DNA of 64,000 nt. It comes from Rhodospirillales bacterium. Lineage in GTDB: Bacteria > Pseudomonadota > Alphaproteobacteria > Rhodospirillales > UBA2165. The stretch is from assembly GCA_046582495.1 (NCBI GenBank), contig JAYGEG010000067.1, forward strand, positions 13,666 through 77,665, in the 5' to 3' direction. The position numbers and the translations under genes were made by a program. The notes under the pieces are model-generated. The model was not told the origin of the DNA and did not search any database. It was given only the letters and a program-made list of their open reading frames with translations. Position 1 is the stretch's first letter. Each line of letters starts with the position of its first letter. Below, one piece after another: positions 57,901 to 64,000 of this stretch.

Positions 57901-57936
57901 TTAGTTTTTTTCACTCAGCTATTTTGAAAGTTAAAA

Positions 57937-58458
57937 ATGACCGTCACACCCGAAGATATGAAGAAACGCACCGCACGTTTCAAAGACTTGAGCTATAGCA
58001 CGCAAGGCTATCTAGATACCCGTATCCCGGCACATGAACGTAATACCTACAATGTTATTGGACGCGGTGTAACGGAAGACCCCAAGCTGGCACCTGCCAT
58101 TACCGATGCACCTAACTTTAACCTTACCTATATTGGAGCTGATCCTGGCAAAGGGGCAGCCCTTCATGATCATCCAACTGTCGAAGTCTTTATTCCGATG
58201 ACGGGTCAATGGACCTTCCTTTGGGGAGAAAATGGCGAACACGAAATACTCATCGATCAATTTGATGTCATTTCGGTTCCTCCCGGCGTGATGCGGGGCT
58301 TTCGCAATGAAAGTGATGAGCATAGCTTTATCATGGCCATTTTGGGAGGCACGGATTCTGGTAGCGTATCTTGGGCAAGCAATGTCATAGATGAAGCCGA
58401 AAAAACCGGCCTGAGACTCAATGAAGATGGAACCATCAGCGAAATAGAACCGGCTTAA
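57937..58458 (+). CDS. cupin domain protein
   Basis: GAALHDHPTVEVFIPMTGQWTF...VPPGVMRGFRN (cupin motifs 1 and 2). Confidence 0.75.
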   Translation: MTVTPEDMKKRTARFKDLSYSTQGYLDTRIPAHERNTYNVIGRGVTEDPKLAPAITDAPNFNLTYIGADPGKGAALHDHPTVEVFIPMTGQWTFLWGENGEHEILIDQFDVISVPPGVMRGFRNESDEHSFIMAILGGTDSGSVSWASNVIDEAEKTGLRLNEDGTISEIEPA

Positions 58459-58469
58459 AGAGAAGAACA

Positions 58470-58880
58470 ATGCCCCTTGAAAAAATTGATCACTATGCCA
58501 TTCGCACTTTGAAAATGGACGAAACCAAAGAGTTCTATGAGGCCCTTGGTCTTTATGCGGGACCGCGCCCTGAATTTCCGTTTCCAGGCCATTGGATGTA
58601 TGCGGGCGACACGCCGGTGGTTCATCTTGTTGGCATTGATCCTGAAAATCCAGAAGGGTTGTATGGTTATCTTGGAGTGAAAAATGTTAAATTTCTGGAT
58701 GGCGGCGGCGCCATTGACCATCTCGCCTTCAGTGCGTCCGACCCCAGCGGCTTAAAAAAAATATTGGAAGAGCGCGGCGTCAACTACCGGGAACGCGAAG
58801 TGCCGGATATGGGACTTTTACAAATATTTGCCGAAGACCCTAATGACATCACCGTTGAGATAAATTACTACGACCAGTGA
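58470..58880 (+). CDS. VOC (glyoxalase / extradiol dioxygenase) family protein
   Basis: IDHYAIRT...IDHLAFSA...EINYY, the paired beta-alpha-beta-beta-beta module pattern. Confidence 0.75.
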   Translation: MPLEKIDHYAIRTLKMDETKEFYEALGLYAGPRPEFPFPGHWMYAGDTPVVHLVGIDPENPEGLYGYLGVKNVKFLDGGGAIDHLAFSASDPSGLKKILEERGVNYREREVPDMGLLQIFAEDPNDITVEINYYDQ

Positions 58881-58887
58881 GAAGGCC

Positions 58888-60096
58888 ATGGCTGACGGTG
58901 CAATCGAAAACCTAGATCAAAAAACCCGTCCCAGCCGCGCTGAAATGCTGGAACGTGCTGAGGCTCTGGTTCCAGCGCTCAAAGATCGCGCCCTTGAGAC
59001 CGAGCAACTCGGCAAGGTTCATCCAGATACGATTAAAGCTCTCCATAATACCGGCCTGTTTCGCATCAATCAGCCCGCGCGCGTGGGCGGCGGCGACTAT
59101 GACTATCGCCTGCTCATGGAAGTGACTTCAATATTGGGCAAAGGCTGTGGCTCGACGGCGTGGGTTTATATCAATCTCGCCTGTCACCATTGGATGCTCG
59201 GCATGTGGCCAGCCAAGGCCCAGGATGAACTATGGGATGAGAACATTGACGTTTTAATAGCGTCCTCAGTCATTTATCCCACTGGCCGCGCGACCAAGGT
59301 CAAAGGCGGCTACCAACTTTCCGGACGCTGGCCGTTTTGCAGCGGTGTTGATTGGTCCGATTACGTGATGCTTGGCGGCACTGTTTATGACGACAAAGAT
59401 GAAATCCTCGACAGACGGGTGTTTATTGTCTCAAAACAAGATCTAACCGTGCATGACAATTGGGATGTATCGGGTCTTTGCGGTACCGGCAGTAAAGACA
59501 GTGAAGCCAAGGACGTCTTTATCCCGGAGCACATGACTCTCGCCGGCCATGATATGCAAAACTGCAAAACGCCTGGCTCTGGCGTAAACCCTGCGCCGCT
59601 TTTCAATTTGCCGCAGGCAGCGCTTTTTCCGCATATTATCGCAGCACCTATTATTGGCATGGCAGAAGGCGCCTATGATCATTTTGTCGATGCCAATAAA
59701 GTCGCTAAATCTACCTACAACACCTCGCGCATTGCAGAGTATCAGGCGATCCAAACCAAAGCAGCCACAGCTGCAGCTGCAGTAGAGGTCGCCAAAACCA
59801 TGATCAACGCCAATTGCGATGAAGCGACCGCGACGCTCACCAGAGGCGATATTTGCAGCGAAGAGCAAAAGCATCGCTGGCGACGGGATGCTGCGTATGC
59901 CGCCAATCTTTGCTTTGATGCAATTGAAGGGCTCTATAAGGCCACAGGCGGTAGAGGCGCTTATAAGAGCAATCCAATCCAGCGGCACTACCGAGATGCC
60001 AGTGTTGGCATTACCCATATCAGCATGTCCTGGGATGTCATGGGCGCGGAATATGGCCGCTATGTTCTAGGCCTTGGCGGCAATCCTTCGATTTAA
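58888..60096 (+). CDS. acyl-CoA-dehydrogenase-fold flavin-dependent monooxygenase (group D, HsaA / HpaH-C2-like oxygenase component)
   Basis: 402 aa with ACAD-like N, middle and C domains (WPFCSGVDWSDY, WDVSGLCGTGSKD). Confidence 0.7.
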   Translation: MADGAIENLDQKTRPSRAEMLERAEALVPALKDRALETEQLGKVHPDTIKALHNTGLFRINQPARVGGGDYDYRLLMEVTSILGKGCGSTAWVYINLACHHWMLGMWPAKAQDELWDENIDVLIASSVIYPTGRATKVKGGYQLSGRWPFCSGVDWSDYVMLGGTVYDDKDEILDRRVFIVSKQDLTVHDNWDVSGLCGTGSKDSEAKDVFIPEHMTLAGHDMQNCKTPGSGVNPAPLFNLPQAALFPHIIAAPIIGMAEGAYDHFVDANKVAKSTYNTSRIAEYQAIQTKAATAAAAVEVAKTMINANCDEATATLTRGDICSEEQKHRWRRDAAYAANLCFDAIEGLYKATGGRGAYKSNPIQRHYRDASVGITHISMSWDVMGAEYGRYVLGLGGNPSI

Positions 60097-62474
60097 ATCT
60101 TCCCAAGTGCCTGGAGGATGCGTTCGGGCGTAAACGGCTGCACGGTGACTTTGGCATTTAACGGATGGAGCGCATCATTGATGGCGTTCATCACAACGGC
60201 TGGTGCCCCGCCGGTGCCAGCCTCGCCAGCGCCTTTAGCACCAAGTTCAGAATCGAGCGTCGGGCTTTCAATATGACCGACTTCGATATCAGGCATTTCC
60301 GCCGCCATCGGCACAAGGTAGTCCGCCATCGTGCCGTTCAAGATCTGGCCTTCCGGGCTATAGAGGCATTCTTCATAAAGTGCACCGCCAAGCCCTTGGA
60401 TGACACCGCCCCGTACCTGCTCATCAACCAGCTGCGGATTAATTACCGTGCCGCAATCTTCAACCACACAATATTTTTTGAACTCAATGAAGCCAGTGTT
60501 GGTATCAACTTCGATATAACAACCCTGAACGCCGTTGGTGAAAGCAAAGGGAAATTGCTTCGGCACGTAGTGACGCGTCACCACGAGCTCAGACTGATAG
60601 TCCTTTGGCAACGTATCCGGGCGGTAGTAACAAACCCGCCCGACTTCGGCGAGGGTCATGCGTTCCGTTCCATCTGCAATATCAACGATATTGTTGTCTC
60701 GGATATCAAGCGTGGTCGGATCGCTTTGCAGCATGATACCTGCAACTTCGACAATGTTCTGACGCAGTGCTTTACCGGCTTGTACGGCAGCCTCGCCGCC
60801 GATACCAGCCGCACGGGACCCCCAGGTACCGCCGCCGTAAGGTGTGATGTCTGTATCACCAGAGATGACTTTAATTTTATCCATCGTGACGCCAAGCGCG
60901 GTCGCCGCACATTGGGCGACAACAGCTTCCGCGCCTTGGCCCTGCTCGGTGACACCAATTTCGACAATGACATTGCCTTTGGCATCAAGTCGCATGGTTG
61001 CGCCGTCCTGCGCTGAAATCGGCGCACCGCCGACGCCATAGAAAGCGGGCCCTGGATTGGTCACCTCAATAAAAGTTGCAAGACCAATACCCCGGTAGAT
61101 GCCTTGCTCGCGTGCTGCCGCCTGATCTTTGCGTAATCCATCATAATCCATCATTTTTACCAGCTTTTCCAAACTCGCTTGATGGGAAAGATTTTCAAAC
61201 GGCATGCCAGAAGCCGATTTATGAGGATAGGCATCGTCGGGAACTAAATTTTTACGGCGGATTTCGAGCGGATCCATCCCGATAGCCCGTGCGGCATCAT
61301 CGACAATTCCTTCGGTGATCAACGTCAAAATAGGATGCCCGACAGCGCGGTATTGGCACATCGGAGATTTGTTTTGATAGACCACCGTCGCCTGCGCCCG
61401 GTAATTTTCGTGTTGATATTGCCCGCCGGTTAGATTGACGACTTGGTTGGCCTCAATCCCGCTGGTCCGCGGATAAACCGAATACGGTCCAATACCGGTG
61501 AGATCGTCGATTTCCATGGCTTGGATTATGCCGTCATTGGAAACAGCGATTTTAGTCGTAATTCGGTGATCACGCGCATGAATATCACTGGTGAAAGATT
61601 CCAGGCGATCAGCAATAAACTTCACGGGACGCTTCAACATATAAGCCAGAGCAACCGTCGCGTATTCATCCGGATAAGAATGTACTTTAATACCGAAGGA
61701 GCCGCCGACATCTTTACAAATCACGCGGACTTTGTGTTCCTCGATATCAAGGTGTTTGGCAAACAGGCTCTGCATCATGTGCGGCGCCTGAGTTGAGTGA
61801 TAGATCGTCAGCTGATCTTCGCCGGGATTATAATCTGCCAAGATGGCCCGCGTTTCCAAACACACACCCGTGTGGCGATTGGAGATATAGGTCTCTTCAA
61901 TGACGTGGTCCGCATTGGCAAAAGCTGCGTCAACATCGCCGACATCAAGATTTCGGCGCCAAGCCAAATTATCACCAAGGTCGGGATGGATGACCGGCGT
62001 ATCGTCTTCGAGTGCGGTTTCCATATCGGTGACGACCGGCAGTTCCTTCCACTCGATATCAATAAGCTCAATTGCATCTTCTGCCTGAGCGCGGGTATGT
62101 GCGACAACGGCAACCACGGGTTCTCCCTGCCAGGATGCTTTTTTTACTGCCAACGCATGTTGCGGAGCTGATTTCAGGCCTTCCAAATGGCTCAGCACGC
62201 CAACCCAAGGCGCGCAGACTTCTGCCATTTCCACGCCGGCAACAACTGCAACGACGCCGTCGCTTTCTTTGGCTGCACTGGCGTCGATTGAAACAATCTC
62301 CGCATGAGCGAAATGCGAGCGCAGAAACGCAACATGGGTCATGCGCGGCAGTTTTATATCGTCGGTAAAAGTGCCTCGCCCGCTCAGCAATCGCTTGGCG
62401 TTTGGCCGCGGGACTGAGCGTCCTATATAGCTATTGGGGCGATCGAGGATGTGGTCCTTAATCATATCAGCCAT
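60093..62474 (-). CDS. molybdopterin-binding large subunit of a xanthine dehydrogenase/CoxL-family hydroxylase
   Basis: 793 aa with aldehyde oxidase/xanthine dehydrogenase a/b-hammerhead and Mo-binding blocks. The active-site loop reads MCQYRAVGHP, not the AYRCSFR of form I CODH. Confidence 0.9.
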   Translation of the reverse strand: MADMIKDHILDRPNSYIGRSVPRPNAKRLLSGRGTFTDDIKLPRMTHVAFLRSHFAHAEIVSIDASAAKESDGVVAVVAGVEMAEVCAPWVGVLSHLEGLKSAPQHALAVKKASWQGEPVVAVVAHTRAQAEDAIELIDIEWKELPVVTDMETALEDDTPVIHPDLGDNLAWRRNLDVGDVDAAFANADHVIEETYISNRHTGVCLETRAILADYNPGEDQLTIYHSTQAPHMMQSLFAKHLDIEEHKVRVICKDVGGSFGIKVHSYPDEYATVALAYMLKRPVKFIADRLESFTSDIHARDHRITTKIAVSNDGIIQAMEIDDLTGIGPYSVYPRTSGIEANQVVNLTGGQYQHENYRAQATVVYQNKSPMCQYRAVGHPILTLITEGIVDDAARAIGMDPLEIRRKNLVPDDAYPHKSASGMPFENLSHQASLEKLVKMMDYDGLRKDQAAAREQGIYRGIGLATFIEVTNPGPAFYGVGGAPISAQDGATMRLDAKGNVIVEIGVTEQGQGAEAVVAQCAATALGVTMDKIKVISGDTDITPYGGGTWGSRAAGIGGEAAVQAGKALRQNIVEVAGIMLQSDPTTLDIRDNNIVDIADGTERMTLAEVGRVCYYRPDTLPKDYQSELVVTRHYVPKQFPFAFTNGVQGCYIEVDTNTGFIEFKKYCVVEDCGTVINPQLVDEQVRGGVIQGLGGALYEECLYSPEGQILNGTMADYLVPMAAEMPDIEVGHIESPTLDSELGAKGAGEAGTGGAPAVVMNAINDALHPLNAKVTVQPFTPERILQALGKI

Positions 62475-62477
62475 CGG

Positions 62478-62966
62478 TTACGCTCCCTTTCTTGTGTTTG
62501 CGACGGTCTCTATCGCATCGACAATCGCTTCATAGCCGGTACAGCGGCAATAGTTTCCAGATAAATATTCGCGGATTTCTTGCCGGCTGGGATCAGGATT
62601 TTTCTCTAACATTTCGGTTATCGCCATCAACATGCCTGGCGTGCAGAACCCACACTGAAGGGCATTGCGTTCATGAAACGCTTTTTGGAGATCAGCTATT
62701 TCACCGCTGTCGTCAGAGCCTTCGATGGTGACCACCTCTAATCCGTCCGCTTGGATCGCCAGCATCAAGCAGCCACGGACAATTTCACCATCGATGCGGA
62801 CGGTACAGGCGCCGCAAACGCCGTGCTCACATCCGACATGAGTGCCGGTGAGCTCCATTTGATTGCGTAAAAAATCGACAAGATTTGTGCGAGGCTCGAC
62901 CAAAGCCGTGACTTTTTCACCGTTCACAGTCGTTGTCACTTGGATTTGTTCTATTTGATTTGTCAT
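62478..62966 (-). CDS. [2Fe-2S]-binding small subunit of the Mo hydroxylase
   Basis: CEHGVCGACTV and CGFCTPGM cluster motifs. The start was trimmed to MTNQ, which has a GGGGGG RBS. Confidence 0.9.
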   Translation of the reverse strand: MTNQIEQIQVTTTVNGEKVTALVEPRTNLVDFLRNQMELTGTHVGCEHGVCGACTVRIDGEIVRGCLMLAIQADGLEVVTIEGSDDSGEIADLQKAFHERNALQCGFCTPGMLMAITEMLEKNPDPSRQEIREYLSGNYCRCTGYEAIVDAIETVANTRKGA

Positions 62967-62970
62967 GTAA

Positions 62971-63828
62971 TTACCCCCCACTCAGCGTGGTAAGCACGCG
63001 CTTGGTCAATTCTTTGGCGTAGTGCATTTTAAGCGCTGCTGAACTATGGAGATCATCAAACGGCGACAAATCCTGCTCCAAGGCATTTTGCGCAGCCGCA
63101 ATACTGGCATCATCCACCGATTGGCCTTCCATTGCATTCATTGCCTTTTTCGCGGTAACGGGTGTCGAGCCAACGGCAAAGAAAACCAGCCGTAAGTCAG
63201 ATAATTTGCCGCCGTCGACTTTTGCATGAGCAGCAACCCCGGCCATGGCATAATCACCGTGGCGACGGGCCAATTCATCAAAGGCTGAGCGATAGCCGGC
63301 GCCTAATTTAGGAATTTCGACGGCCGTTAATATTTCGCCTTCGGCCATATCCGTTTCATACAAGTCTTTGAAAAAGTCCTTGGCTGCAACTTTGCGCGCG
63401 CCGCTCTTGCCGGTAACTTCCACTTCTCCGTCCAGCGCACAGAGACAAGCCGGCAATTCGGCCGCCGGGTCCGCCATTGCAATACTGCCGCCAAAAGTAC
63501 CGCGATTTCGGATCGCGGGATGAGCGATATACGGCATCGCCATAGAAATAAGCGGCGCGTGCTCTGCAATTCCAGGGGAGTTCTCAATTTCCGTGTGGCG
63601 TGTCAGGGCGCCAATTCTTAGATTTTCACCATCAACGGAAATACCGCTCAAATCGGACAAGCCATTGATATCTATGACCAATGCTGGTGCGGATAGACGC
63701 ATATTCAAGGTTGGCATCAGACTTTGGCCGCCGGCCAAAATTGTCGCCTCATCGCCATATTCGCTCAGCAGACCAAGGACTTCATCAACAGATGAAGGCT
63801 TGGCATAATTAAATGCCGATGGTTTCAA
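62971..63828 (-). CDS. FAD-binding medium subunit of the Mo hydroxylase (CoxM-like)
   Basis: ILAGGQSLMP and RNRGTFGGS motifs. A TTG start is inferred from the AGGGAGG RBS 5 nt upstream. Confidence 0.85.
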   Translation of the reverse strand: MKPSAFNYAKPSSVDEVLGLLSEYGDEATILAGGQSLMPTLNMRLSAPALVIDINGLSDLSGISVDGENLRIGALTRHTEIENSPGIAEHAPLISMAMPYIAHPAIRNRGTFGGSIAMADPAAELPACLCALDGEVEVTGKSGARKVAAKDFFKDLYETDMAEGEILTAVEIPKLGAGYRSAFDELARRHGDYAMAGVAAHAKVDGGKLSDLRLVFFAVGSTPVTAKKAMNAMEGQSVDDASIAAAQNALEQDLSPFDDLHSSAALKMHYAKELTKRVLTTLSGG

Positions 63829-63919
63829 TTGAACCTCCCTAATTTTTTTTCGTTCAGGAGCCACTTGGGTGACTTCATTTTTTAAAGAATACTAGGCAAA
63901 TTAAGTTATTATTATTATA

Positions 63920-63973
63920 GTGATCATTTGATCAATAAGAGATTGATACTACGCCCCATTCGAATTCTGTCAA
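63920..63973 (-). promoter_or_regulatory. putative Mo-hydroxylase operon promoter plus operator site 3
   Basis: On the minus strand: TTGACA (63973-63968), a 17-nt spacer, TAGTAT (63950-63945), then TGATCAAATGATCA (63933-63920) about 12 nt downstream of the -10. Confidence 0.55.
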
Positions 63974-64000
63974 TGGGTCCGATACTGAAATTATTGAGCC

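Overview
This is a 64-kb chromosomal segment that reads as alphaproteobacterial. The inference rests on a DivK-type single-domain response regulator, plsY-dprA-topA-rnr and pyrB-pyrC' synteny, hisZ-purA, gatCAB and a short class I nrdAB. Housekeeping blocks alternate with accessory blocks. The accessory blocks are: an orphan ligAB; a divergent island of BKACE, two cyclases, amidase, dehydrogenases, deacetylase, ankyrin protein and ABM (36.7-44.8 kb); a LIV-type ABC transporter; a TRAP transporter with tandem dctP paralogues; and a cupin-VOC-flavin monooxygenase operon convergent with a three-subunit molybdenum hydroxylase.

Four things deserve a second look:
1. A REPtron. An HUH tyrosine transposase (RAYT) is flanked by two identical 40-nt copies of a REP whose core is a 33-nt palindrome. 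A third copy of the core sits 34 kb away. The RAYT itself is broken in an A6/T6 run.
2. An ArsM-like SAM methyltransferase has a single in-frame TGA where I expect a conserved cysteine. The frame stays intact for 57 codons after it, and a hairpin starts 9 nt downstream. It is either a selenocysteine candidate or a fresh nonsense mutation.
3. An identical 14-bp motif, TGATCAAATGATCA, lies in the promoter regions of three operons (TRAP, cupin-VOC-monooxygenase, Mo-hydroxylase). This predicts a regulon with a regulator I cannot see.
4. The density of gene remnants and frameshifted genes at block junctions is unusually high. Three of the frameshifts sit in homopolymer runs, so sequencing error must be excluded.

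All functional calls come from reading the translated ORFs and recalling family motifs. No database search, folding or statistics could be run.
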